Of a stretch of 64,000 nucleotides of DNA, positions 43,362 to 51,931 are shown in pieces. A program made the position numbers and the translations under genes. The stretch spans positions 9,053-73,052 of the forward strand of contig CAKUQM010000001.1 of assembly GCA_934675465.1 (NCBI GenBank), given 5' to 3'. The DNA is from an uncultured Erysipelotrichaceae bacterium. GTDB taxonomy: Bacteria > Bacillota_I > Bacilli_A > Erysipelotrichales > Erysipelotrichaceae. Position 1 is the first letter of the stretch, and each line of letters begins with the position of its first letter. Below the pieces are notes generated by a model. The model searched no databases and was not told the origin of the DNA. It was given only the letters and a program-made list of their open reading frames with translations.

Positions 43362-43944
43362 CTATCAGAAACAACTAAATCAAATAAACCACTTAAACCA
43401 TAGACCAACATTGCTACTACATATTTGTTGTGGAGTATGTTCTGTCTACCCTTTAATATATTTAAGACAATATTTTAAGATAAGCATTCTTTTTACCAAT
43501 TCTAATATTTATCCATATGAAGAATTCTTAAAAAGACTAGAAGCTTTAAACCAATATCTTGAATATCTAGGTGATAGAGAAATTAAACTTATTGTCGATA
43601 AGTATGATTATGATAAGTATAGAAAAATACTTGAACCATTTAAGGAAGAACCTGAAATGGGTAAAAGATGTAAGATCTGTTATGGTTTAAGAATGGAAGA
43701 AGGCTTTAAGTATGCCGATAAATATCACTATGAATATTTCACTACAGTCATGTCTATTTCTAATCGTAAAAGTGCTGAATATATTAATGAAATAGGTGAA
43801 GCTCTAGAAAAGAAGTATCCAAGTGTTAAATATTTACATGCTGATTTTAAAAAGGGTGATGGTATAAATAAAAATGAAGCCCTAAATAAAGAACTTCATC
43901 TATATCATCAAAACTATTGTGGTTGTCAATTTTCTATAAGATAG
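43357..43944 (+). CDS. queH: epoxyqueuosine reductase QueH (DUF208)
   Basis: ORF track gives 43330-43944. I prefer ATG 43357 (ATGAATAA overlap with the queA stop). LLLHICCGVCS and YCGCQFS motifs. Confidence 0.85.
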   Translation, partial: NNYQKQLNQINHLNHRPTLLLHICCGVCSVYPLIYLRQYFKISILFTNSNIYPYEEFLKRLEALNQYLEYLGDREIKLIVDKYDYDKYRKILEPFKEEPEMGKRCKICYGLRMEEGFKYADKYHYEYFTTVMSISNRKSAEYINEIGEALEKKYPSVKYLHADFKKGDGINKNEALNKELHLYHQNYCGCQFSIR

Positions 43945-44200
43945 CTGACTACTCCAGATGACTTAAGTCACGGGATTCTAGCCTACATCGGTTTCTATAA
44001 TTCTACTAGGAATTATCACTAGCCGATTTCACCTAGATCGAATATCCTATCTTGCTAGAAGATGCACATCATTAACTAACGCCTGTATTTAATAAATACA
44101 TTTGTCGTTATATGCTTTTGAATATTCTATTAAGCCGTTTAGTCAGACGGCTTTTTAACGCTTTTAATGTATATACCAGCCAAGCTGTTTGTTATCTTTT
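43945..44200 (-). ncRNA. candidate TnpB guide RNA (omega/reRNA) scaffold spanning the tnpB 3' end and the right end of the IS
   Basis: About 215 nt of non-coding sequence downstream of tnpB with nested helices (AAGCCGT/ACGGCTT, TGTATTT/AAATACA, ATCGG ... CCGAT enclosing TAATTC/GAATTA, TGACT/AGTCA). The call is by analogy with ISDra2-type TnpB loci. Confidence 0.4.
43959..43970 (-). repeat. right-end subterminal hairpin of the IS
   Basis: TGACTtaAGTCA. Confidence 0.55.
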
Positions 44201-45621
44201 AATCTTTGTATCTCATTGTCTTGAAGCTTCTTAAAGGTATTAAAATCATCATAACAGCTTACTTCATCTATTGTTTCTAAATCATCATTTGTATGAGCTA
44301 TGATATAAGCACTCAATAAATCTCTTTGAACTATTATTCCCTCATTTAATTCAATTAACCTATCATTTAATTGTTTCTTTTTATAGGTTCTATCTATTGG
44401 ACTATATTGGCTGGCTTTTACTTTATAGGTATTGATTTTCTTTAATTCTAGATTGTAATATTTTAGCTTTCTATCAAGAATAGATAAAAACATACTTGGA
44501 GCTCTACTCTTTATTGTTTTGCCATATCTTTTCTTAGAATTAATCTTACCGTTTTTATTAACAGTAGTCTTCTTGCTTCGTTTTTGTAGACCTTTAAAGT
44601 TCATTTCCTCAACACGAATATCAAGGCTTTCAGCTATTATTTGATTAGCTAATATTTCATGAGCTTGTTTTCTTTTAACAGATAATTTGCGGTACTCATC
44701 TTTTAGTTTTGATTGAGTATTTAGATAACTCATAGATTTATACCAATTATGTTTGCCTTTAGCTATAGTTCCATCTTCATTATAGTTATTAGGGTTAGTT
44801 GCTCTTCTAGAACGGTCTAACTTTCTTTGATAGACTTTTATCTTATGCTCATTCTCTTTACAATTAGGTGCTAGTTCTTTTAAATTAGCTTTTTCATTAC
44901 TTACAATAGCTATAGTACTTGTACCTATATCAATACCTTGTACTTTAAAGTTATCACCATATTGTCTATTTTTACTTGGTGGTGTTCCCTTAAATATTAA
45001 TTGAACAAACCATCTCTTCTTGTTTCTTATGTGTTGAGGATAAATTCTAACGTATTTAACTTCATCTAATAATGCAGTTTGAGCATAAATATCATTTCTT
45101 TTAACTTTTAGTTTAAACTTATAGTTACCATAACTAATAGCTAAAACATCATCACAATAATGAAGTTTAGAAGTAGATGATTTTCCCTCTATTGAAAAAC
45201 TATCGTATTTATTTTTAAAGGTAACTTTATCAGCTTGATGATATCTTAATTTCTCGATTGCCTTAAAAGCTCTTGTGGCTATTTTTTGACATTCCTGAGA
45301 ACCTAGCTTTTTATTAAAGTATTCATAAGGCTTTTTAACGTATTCATGCATACTATATTCAGAGTATCCATAACTTAAAGCTATATCATTTAATTGTTTA
45401 TTCAATTCTTTTTTATTATTAGAAGTCTTATATTCTTTTAATAATTCTTGATATTTTCTATCATGTATCAATTTGTGATATCGTTTTAAACATTCATTTA
45501 AACAATCGTTATAAATGGCCTTAGCTATCTTTTCTAACTTATCTAATACGCTAGAAGGATTATCATTATCAAAAGCTAATTCGTATGTAACTACATATGA
45601 TGATGTATTACTTTTAGCCAT
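44164..45621 (-). CDS. tnpB: TnpB (IS605 OrfB-family RNA-guided endonuclease-like protein); zinc-finger cysteines absent
   Basis: 485 aa. RuvC-I GIDIGTSTIA, RuvC-II IRVEEMNFKG, RuvC-III VQRDLLSAYII. The segment where CxxC...CxxC normally sits reads ASQYSPIDRTYKKKQLNDRLIELNEGII. Confidence 0.8.
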   Translation of the reverse strand: MAKSNTSSYVVTYELAFDNDNPSSVLDKLEKIAKAIYNDCLNECLKRYHKLIHDRKYQELLKEYKTSNNKKELNKQLNDIALSYGYSEYSMHEYVKKPYEYFNKKLGSQECQKIATRAFKAIEKLRYHQADKVTFKNKYDSFSIEGKSSTSKLHYCDDVLAISYGNYKFKLKVKRNDIYAQTALLDEVKYVRIYPQHIRNKKRWFVQLIFKGTPPSKNRQYGDNFKVQGIDIGTSTIAIVSNEKANLKELAPNCKENEHKIKVYQRKLDRSRRATNPNNYNEDGTIAKGKHNWYKSMSYLNTQSKLKDEYRKLSVKRKQAHEILANQIIAESLDIRVEEMNFKGLQKRSKKTTVNKNGKINSKKRYGKTIKSRAPSMFLSILDRKLKYYNLELKKINTYKVKASQYSPIDRTYKKKQLNDRLIELNEGIIVQRDLLSAYIIAHTNDDLETIDEVSCYDDFNTFKKLQDNEIQRLKDNKQLGWYIH

Positions 45622-45635
45622 AACGATTCTCCTTA

Positions 45636-46037
45636 CTATCTAATTCTTCTTTGTTGACTTTCTATATATGCTTTTATTACATCTTCGCTAATATGACCAA
45701 CAGAACAAGATAAATAGTTTCTAGTCCATAATGATGGCATACTTGATTTTAGAAATGGAAACTCTTCTCTTAATATATGAGAACTTTTACCTTTAAATTG
45801 CTTAACCACTTTATGAAGCATTAATCTAGGATCAAACTCTATAAACATATGTACATAATCGGGCATAATTTCTAAAGCTTTAATTTCAACATCCATCTTA
45901 TCTGCTTCTTCATATAATATTTCTTTTAGACGTTTTTCAACATTACCAGTTAATACAGGTTTCTTGTACTTTGGAGAAAATATAATATGAAACTGATTTA
46001 TATAAACTATTCCATTCTTATTTATGTATTTATTCAT
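45636..46037 (-). CDS. tnpA: IS200/IS605-family Y1 (HUH) transposase
   Basis: 133 aa. HUH motif DYVHMFIE and C-terminal catalytic Tyr context LWTRNYLSCSVG. Confidence 0.9.
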   Translation of the reverse strand: MNKYINKNGIVYINQFHIIFSPKYKKPVLTGNVEKRLKEILYEEADKMDVEIKALEIMPDYVHMFIEFDPRLMLHKVVKQFKGKSSHILREEFPFLKSSMPSLWTRNYLSCSVGHISEDVIKAYIESQQRRIR

Positions 46038-46128
46038 AGATTTATCCTTGACAATATTATACTACATTTGATAGATAATTATCATAATATCTAACACAAA
46101 TATTAATAATGAAAGACAGTTCATCCCA

Positions 46129-46142
46129 ACGACTAGAGTCAT
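46129..46142 (-). repeat. left-end subterminal hairpin of the IS
   Basis: Minus strand ATGACTctAGTCGT (with one G-T pair). Confidence 0.5.
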
Positions 46143-46180
46143 GTGCTTTCTGTTTGATTTATCGTAACCCCAATCTTTTT

Positions 46181-46873
46181 TTAATCTAGTATTTCTCCAT
46201 AAATAGAAACAGTCACTACATTCCATGGAATAAACTTATTACTTGCCTGCAATGCCTTTTTAACAGCTAATTCAATACCACCACAACATGGTACTTCCAT
46301 GCGTACAACAGTAACACTCAATATATTGTTGTTTCTAATGATTTCAGTTAGCTTTTCACTATAATCAACGCCATCCAACTTAGGGCAACCAATAAGCGTA
46401 ACTTTATTACGAATAAAGTCTTTATGAAAATTTGCATAAGCATAAGCACTACAGTCTGCCGCAATTAATAATTTAGCTCCATCAAAATATGGTGCATTAA
46501 TCGGTGCTAATTTAATTTGAATCGGCCAATTACGTAGTTGTGAACAAAGTACAACATCATTAATACTTCCCTTATGTTCCATCATTCTAACCTTAGAACC
46601 AGGACAAGAGCATTCATTCTTTTGTTCAATCTTCTTTTTCATCATATTCTTCTTAACCGCCTCTTCATCATAAGCAAGAGCTTCTCTTTCCTCGAATGTA
46701 ATCGCCCCAGCAGGACAAGCAGGAAGACAATCTCCCATACCATCACAATAATCATCTCTTAATAATTTAGCCTTGCCATCTACTAAGCCAATAGCACCTT
46801 CATGACAGGCATTAACACATATACCACAACCATTACATTTATCTTCATCAATATGAATAATCTTTCTAATCAT
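46181..46873 (-). CDS. 4Fe-4S dicluster ferredoxin-domain protein
   Basis: 230 aa. CNGCGICVNAC and CDGMGDCLPACP cluster motifs, plus a C-terminal domain with CCGG. Confidence 0.75.
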   Translation of the reverse strand: MIRKIIHIDEDKCNGCGICVNACHEGAIGLVDGKAKLLRDDYCDGMGDCLPACPAGAITFEEREALAYDEEAVKKNMMKKKIEQKNECSCPGSKVRMMEHKGSINDVVLCSQLRNWPIQIKLAPINAPYFDGAKLLIAADCSAYAYANFHKDFIRNKVTLIGCPKLDGVDYSEKLTEIIRNNNILSVTVVRMEVPCCGGIELAVKKALQASNKFIPWNVVTVSIYGEILD

Positions 46874-46955
46874 TTAAGCATCCTCCATATATTTATGGCC
46901 TAATCATAATATAATTACTCCATCTTGTATGTTTGATTTCCAACAAGGAGAAAAA

Positions 46956-47627
46956 ATTATGAAAGAATATTTAACAGTTTTAAGAAACGTGCCCTTCTTT
47001 AAAGGTCTAGAAGATGATGAAATATTAGCTATCCTTCATTGTGTTAATGCCACCATTATTTCTAAATCAGCTAATTCTTATATCTTTAAGGCAGGAGATA
47101 CAACTGATGTGATGGGTCTTGTTTTAAATGGTTCTACCCTTATTATCCAAGAAGATCTTTGGGGACATCGTAATATCTTATCAAAGTGCAATGTTGGTGA
47201 TTTCTTTGGAGAACTTTATGCCGCTAATAATACTGTCTTAAATATAAGTGTAGTGGCTAGTGTTGATTCAACTATTCTTCTTTTAAATATCAACCATCTT
47301 TTAAGTACCTGTCCTTCATCTTGCATTCATCACCAGAGATTAATTCATAATCTAGTTGGTGTTTTATCTAATAAGATTTTAATCCTCAACAATAAGATCA
47401 CTCACGCCAGTAAACGTACTACTAGAGATAAGCTATTATCATATCTATCTAGTGAATCTATAAGACAGGGATCTTTATCTTTTGATATTCCCTTTGATCG
47501 TCAACAGCTTGCTGACTATTTATGTGTTGAAAGAGCTGCTATGTCTAGCGAACTATCAAAACTTAAAAAAGAGGGCTTACTTTCTACTAATAGAAATCAC
47601 TTTGAGCTAAAGAAAAAGGCTGTTTAA
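46956..47627 (+). CDS. Crp/Fnr-family transcriptional regulator
   Basis: ORF track gives 46929-47627. I prefer ATG 46956 (MKEYLTVLRNVPFFKGL), 7 nt after AGGAGA. cNMP-binding-like domain plus a C-terminal HTH. Confidence 0.85.
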   Translation: MMKEYLTVLRNVPFFKGLEDDEILAILHCVNATIISKSANSYIFKAGDTTDVMGLVLNGSTLIIQEDLWGHRNILSKCNVGDFFGELYAANNTVLNISVVASVDSTILLLNINHLLSTCPSSCIHHQRLIHNLVGVLSNKILILNNKITHASKRTTRDKLLSYLSSESIRQGSLSFDIPFDRQQLADYLCVERAAMSSELSKLKKEGLLSTNRNHFELKKKAV

Positions 47628-47640
47628 ATTAAACAGCCAA
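47616..47640. terminator. hairpin between convergent crp-like and ohyA genes
   Basis: GGCTGTTT-aaatt-AAACAGCC, overlapping the crp-like stop codon. Confidence 0.5.
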
Positions 47641-47645
47641 TCATT

Positions 47646-49424
47646 TTAGATTACATTGTGAGCTTTTAATAGCTTTTCAATATCAGTATTTTTAATCTTC
47701 TCAAGAGCCTTCTTAAGAACAAGCTTTTCACCAAAACTTAATTCCATATCAGTAATCTTCTTACCATCTCTTAATTGAACAGTAGAATTTAATAGGTCTC
47801 TTAAATCATAAACGCTACCCCATACCTCAGGAACACCTCTATCTACATTTAATAATGTATATACAGCTTCCATACCAGTACGCATTGAATATTCAGTAGT
47901 GAAGATTGTATCTCTTGGAGTTTCTGCGAATTGTCCAATGAACGCAAAGTTTACAGAACCTTCAGGAACTACAGCTGGTCTATCACCATAAGCTCTTGGC
48001 ATGAAGAACGCATCAATATATGGCATCATAACAGGAACTGTATTAGCACTCTTTGTTGCGTATTCTTCAATCTTGTCCTCAGGAACACCAATGTGATATA
48101 ACCATTCTTCACAAATTTCCTTACCAGTACATTCTCTCATTGGTTTCTTAATATAATCACCAGGTCTATCAGTAAATAGAGAGTATACCCAAACTAGACA
48201 ATGATCCTTTGGTTGATTTCTAAATTGAGGTTGTCTATTAATAGTCCAAGACAATAACCAAGAAGAATCCTTAACAGTAACGATACCACCAGTTGTAACC
48301 TTACCAGTGAATGGATCACGCTTACAAATATTCTTAATATAAGGAATAATATTTTGGTCTAATGTTTCAATAGTAGCTGATTCCCAGTTTGTTTGTTCAG
48401 GATCATAGCAGAACTTATCAGGATGACCAAATGATGGATCTTGGGCAGCAATCTTACGCCACATATCCCAGCCACCGCCTTCTTTTAATTCAGTGTTGTA
48501 GGCAGCAGGACTATCTTGAGAACCCATTGCTGAATTTTCTACGCAACCACCATTAGTGATAAATACTAAATCATCTTCAGTTAAATCAATATAGTTTTTC
48601 TTACCATCTTCAGTAACTTCAATTTGTTTAGCAAGTTTCTTGCTTGGATTTGAGCAATCAAAGATGACATTATCAACTTTTACACCAAAATGGAACTTAA
48701 CATTATGAGCTTCCAAGTACTTAACCATTGGAAGAATCATTGATTCATATTGGTTATACTTAGTAAATCTTAGAGCCTTAAAATCAGGTAATCCACCAAT
48801 ATGATGAATATATCTTTGGAAATATAATTTCATTTCAAGTGCACTATGATATTCTTGGAACGCAAACATTGTTCTCCAATATAACCAGAAGTTAGACTTG
48901 AACACTTCATCAGTGAAGATTTCATTAATTCTCTTATCTTGTAATTCTTCATTAGGTGTAAAGAACAACTTCATGATTTCCATAGCACCCTTATCTGAAA
49001 TATCAAACTTACCATCAGTATGAGCATCTTGTCCTTTATTAACAGTAGCTCTACATAATGAGTAGTTAGGGTCTTCCTTATTCAACCAATAATATTCATC
49101 TAATACTGAAACACCTTCTGTTTCAATTGATGGAATAGAATGGAACAAATCCCACATAACCTCAAAGTGGTTGTCCATTTCTCTACCACCTCTCATAACA
49201 TAACCTAAGCCATCATAGTAGTAACCATCACAGGCACCACCAGCTAGTTCGCCTTTTTCTAATACGTGAATATGTTCACCTTTCATTTGACCATCTCTTA
49301 CAAGATAGCAAGCAGCTGTTAAAGCAGCTAGGCCACTTCCTACAATATAAGCAGATTTTCTATCAACGCCTTCAGGCTTCTTTGGACGAGCAAATGCTTC
49401 GTAATTTCCGCTAGAGTAATACAT
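47646..49424 (-). CDS. ohyA: oleate hydratase (MCRA family, FAD-dependent)
   Basis: 592 aa. MYYSSGNYEAFARPKKPEG ... AYIVGSGLAALTAACYLVRDG, the typical MCRA N-terminus. Confidence 0.9.
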   Translation of the reverse strand: MYYSSGNYEAFARPKKPEGVDRKSAYIVGSGLAALTAACYLVRDGQMKGEHIHVLEKGELAGGACDGYYYDGLGYVMRGGREMDNHFEVMWDLFHSIPSIETEGVSVLDEYYWLNKEDPNYSLCRATVNKGQDAHTDGKFDISDKGAMEIMKLFFTPNEELQDKRINEIFTDEVFKSNFWLYWRTMFAFQEYHSALEMKLYFQRYIHHIGGLPDFKALRFTKYNQYESMILPMVKYLEAHNVKFHFGVKVDNVIFDCSNPSKKLAKQIEVTEDGKKNYIDLTEDDLVFITNGGCVENSAMGSQDSPAAYNTELKEGGGWDMWRKIAAQDPSFGHPDKFCYDPEQTNWESATIETLDQNIIPYIKNICKRDPFTGKVTTGGIVTVKDSSWLLSWTINRQPQFRNQPKDHCLVWVYSLFTDRPGDYIKKPMRECTGKEICEEWLYHIGVPEDKIEEYATKSANTVPVMMPYIDAFFMPRAYGDRPAVVPEGSVNFAFIGQFAETPRDTIFTTEYSMRTGMEAVYTLLNVDRGVPEVWGSVYDLRDLLNSTVQLRDGKKITDMELSFGEKLVLKKALEKIKNTDIEKLLKAHNVI

Positions 49425-49490
49425 ATAACTTACCTCCTGTATCTCTTTACACCTCTAATATACCTAAGGCAAAATACTTTTAATATAATC

Positions 49491-49528
49491 AAAAAAAGGT
49501 AGTTGTATAAAATTTAAACACCACCTTT
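49491..49528 (-). terminator. terminator after the TetR gene
   Basis: AAAGGTGGT ... ACTACCTTT followed by TTTTTTGAT on the minus strand. Confidence 0.55.
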
Positions 49529-49569
49529 TATTTGTATGATTTTTTATCAAATTATTATTTTTGATTAAA

Positions 49570-50127
49570 TTAGCTAATCTTCAACCTATTTAAAGCCTCT
49601 TTAATGCTACCCTGTATCACAGCAGAAAGTTTCTCAATTATCTCCTTAGGATCCTTTTTCATACCATCTTTAATCCACTCTAGCATCAAACCTACAAAAG
49701 CATACTTATAGAAATTAGCGATAAAGTACTTATCCACAGTAGTAACATTCATGCCTTCTGCTTGTTCCTCAACAACATCTTCCATTAACTTAAATGTTAA
49801 CTTATATAGATAATTCTCAATATGTTCCTTACCTACTGAATTATATACATTAGTAATGAAGTCTTTATTCTCAAGAACCAACCCAAACAAATCAAGGAAA
49901 CCCTCTTGCCAAGTATCATAAGTTTTATTATCACCTAGTACCTTAGCTGCATCCTCGTAACAAATCCATTCAACAAGATCATAGATATCTTTGAAGTGAT
50001 AATAGAAAGTCATTCTATTAATGCCACAATCATCAGTAATATCACTTACTGTTATCTTATTTAACGGTTTTGTCTTAACTAGTTTCTTTAATGAAGCTTC
50101 TAATGCTCTTTTAGTAATTGTAGACAT
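49570..50127 (-). CDS. TetR/AcrR-family transcriptional regulator
   Basis: 185 aa. N-terminal HTH ITVSDITDDCGINRMTFYYHFKDIYDL. Confidence 0.85.
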   Translation of the reverse strand: MSTITKRALEASLKKLVKTKPLNKITVSDITDDCGINRMTFYYHFKDIYDLVEWICYEDAAKVLGDNKTYDTWQEGFLDLFGLVLENKDFITNVYNSVGKEHIENYLYKLTFKLMEDVVEEQAEGMNVTTVDKYFIANFYKYAFVGLMLEWIKDGMKKDPKEIIEKLSAVIQGSIKEALNRLKIS

Positions 50128-50129
50128 GA

Positions 50130-50735
50130 CTACTCCTCATCAGATTCGTGTCCATCAGATTCGTGCCCAGATTCGTGTTCCTTCATCTTCTCATATTTTG
50201 TCTTAACATAAGCTAGATACAAGTTAGAGGCCATATCAGTAATACCTGAAAATAACATGCCAATGCCAGCACTAATATATAGTAGACGATAATCTAGGAT
50301 ATAGAAGTAATTGATAATAACTAAAGCGCCAAAGGCAATACAAATAAACATTAGAATTAAATAAGTCTTTAGATGACTCTTACCAATTTTCTTTGCGTCT
50401 AGACTATCTTGAATCTTTAAAGCACCTGATACGATGATAGCTACACCAAAGGTAACAGCTACTATATCAGATAAGGCATACTTACATAACAAGACAATGA
50501 TGGCCACAGTTAGTAAGACAATACCTAATATAAAATCATTTCTCTTATAGCGTTCATCTATCTTAGTAACAAAGTAACGAATTATTTCAACAATACCAGC
50601 AATTCCTAGTCCATATCCAAGTAGTGAAACTACAAACTCAACACAAGCAGAACCATCTATTAATAATAGACAACCTACTACTATATAAATAACACTGACT
50701 AATAATAAGATCTTTTTAATTGATTTGAAAAACAT
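50130..50735 (-). CDS. HdeD/DUF308-like membrane protein with an acidic His-rich tail
   Basis: ORF track gives 50130-50831. I prefer ATG 50735 (MFFKSIKKILLL) with AAGGAGGAAC upstream. Six TM segments. Tail HESGHESDGHESDEE. Confidence 0.7.
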   Translation of the reverse strand: MFFKSIKKILLLVSVIYIVVGCLLLIDGSACVEFVVSLLGYGLGIAGIVEIIRYFVTKIDERYKRNDFILGIVLLTVAIIVLLCKYALSDIVAVTFGVAIIVSGALKIQDSLDAKKIGKSHLKTYLILMFICIAFGALVIINYFYILDYRLLYISAGIGMLFSGITDMASNLYLAYVKTKYEKMKEHESGHESDGHESDEE

Positions 50736-50889
50736 GTACAGTTCCTCCTTACATCTATTATAGTAAACTGCTTGTGATATATCATTTATTTTTAACTTAA
50801 GAGTAAAGCTAAAACACACACTTATGTGCATTTTCTTAAGGAAACATCCAATTTTTGAGTAAAACTGTTAAAAAAGTGTTAAAAAGCCA

Positions 50890-50918
50890 TTGAAACCTAG
50901 ATAGATTCATAGTATTAT
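50890..50918 (+). promoter_or_regulatory. str operon promoter
   Basis: TTGAAA - 17 nt - TATTAT, about 90 nt upstream of rpsL. Confidence 0.6.
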
Positions 50919-51010
50919 AGGAGAGCTTAAGGGTCCGCAAGGATCTATATATTAAGCAAGTATGTGGCACACCTGTTGTTGTGTGCACAAAAAATGAAAG
51001 GAGAATTTAA

Positions 51011-51421
51011 ATGCCTACAATTAATCAATTAGTAAGAAAAGGTAGAACAGCTAGAACATTTAAGTCAAAGTCACCTGCATTAAACAGAGGCTATAACTCA
51101 TTAAAGTCTAGACCTATCGAATTGGCATCCCCTCAAAAAAGAGGTGTATGTACCAGAGTTGGTACAATGACTCCAAAGAAGCCTAACTCAGCTCTAAGAA
51201 AGTATGCCCGTGTTAGATTAAGTAATGGTATGGAAGTTACTGCTTATATTCCAGGTATCGGCCATAACCTACAAGAACACTCAGTTGTACTTATCAGAGG
51301 TGGTAGAGTTAAGGACTTACCAGGTGTTAGATACCATATCATCAGAGGTACATTAGACTGTGCTGGCGTAAACAATCGTAAACAAGGTCGTTCACTTTAC
51401 GGTGCAAAGAGACCTAAATAA
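51011..51421 (+). CDS. rpsL: 30S ribosomal protein S12
   Basis: [12 protein letters not shown] ... [10 protein letters not shown]. Confidence 0.98.
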   Translation: MPTINQLVRKGRTARTFKSKSPALNRGYNSLKSRPIELASPQKRGVCTRVGTMTPKKPNSALRKYARVRLSNGMEVTAYIPGIGHNLQEHSVVLIRGGRVKDLPGVRYHIIRGTLDCAGVNNRKQGRSLYGAKRPK

Positions 51422-51445
51422 GACATGAAAGGAGATTAAAATAGT

Positions 51446-51916
51446 ATGCCAAGAAAAGGACATATCGCGAAAAGAGATGTATTAGCAGATCCAATTTATA
51501 ATTCAAAGCTAGTTACTCGTTTAATCAACAAAATCATGTTAGACGGTAAAAAAGACGTAGCTGAAAACATTCTATATAATGCATTTCAAATCGTAGAAGA
51601 AAAAACTGGCCAACAACCAATGGAAGTGTTTGAAAAGGCACTTGACAATGTAATGCCAGAATTAGAATTAAAGTTAAGAAGAGTTGGTGGTGCAAACTAC
51701 CAAGTTCCAGTTGAAGTTTCAAGAGAAAGAAGATTAACATTAGGTCTTAGATGGATCGTTAACTATGCTCGTTTAAGAAGTGAAAAGACTATGGAACTTA
51801 GATTAGCAAACGAAATCATCGATGCTTCAAACGGTGTTGGACAATCTGTTAAGAAGAAAGAAGACACTCATAAGATGGCTGATGCTAATAAGGCATTCGC
51901 ACATTTCCGCTGGTAA
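51446..51916 (+). CDS. rpsG: 30S ribosomal protein S7
   Basis: [28 protein letters not shown]. Confidence 0.98.
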   Translation: MPRKGHIAKRDVLADPIYNSKLVTRLINKIMLDGKKDVAENILYNAFQIVEEKTGQQPMEVFEKALDNVMPELELKLRRVGGANYQVPVEVSRERRLTLGLRWIVNYARLRSEKTMELRLANEIIDASNGVGQSVKKKEDTHKMADANKAFAHFRW

Positions 51917-51931
51917 TAGGAAAGGAATATT

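Larger units (their letters stand above)
43945..46163 (-). mobile_element. IS200/IS605-family insertion sequence (tnpA + tnpB), about 2.2 kb; ends approximate
   Basis: Y1 HUH transposase plus TnpB, co-oriented. Matching subterminal hairpins TGACT-nn-AGTC sit on the same (minus) strand near both ends. TTAC on the minus strand (46167-46164) lies 21 nt 5' of the left hairpin. Confidence 0.8.

Noticed and set aside
50139-50175. Short direct DNA repeats CATCAGATTCGTG.
   Set aside because: They simply encode the HESG/HESD repeats of the acidic C-terminal tail of the DUF308 protein. They are too short and too few to be a meaningful repeat element.
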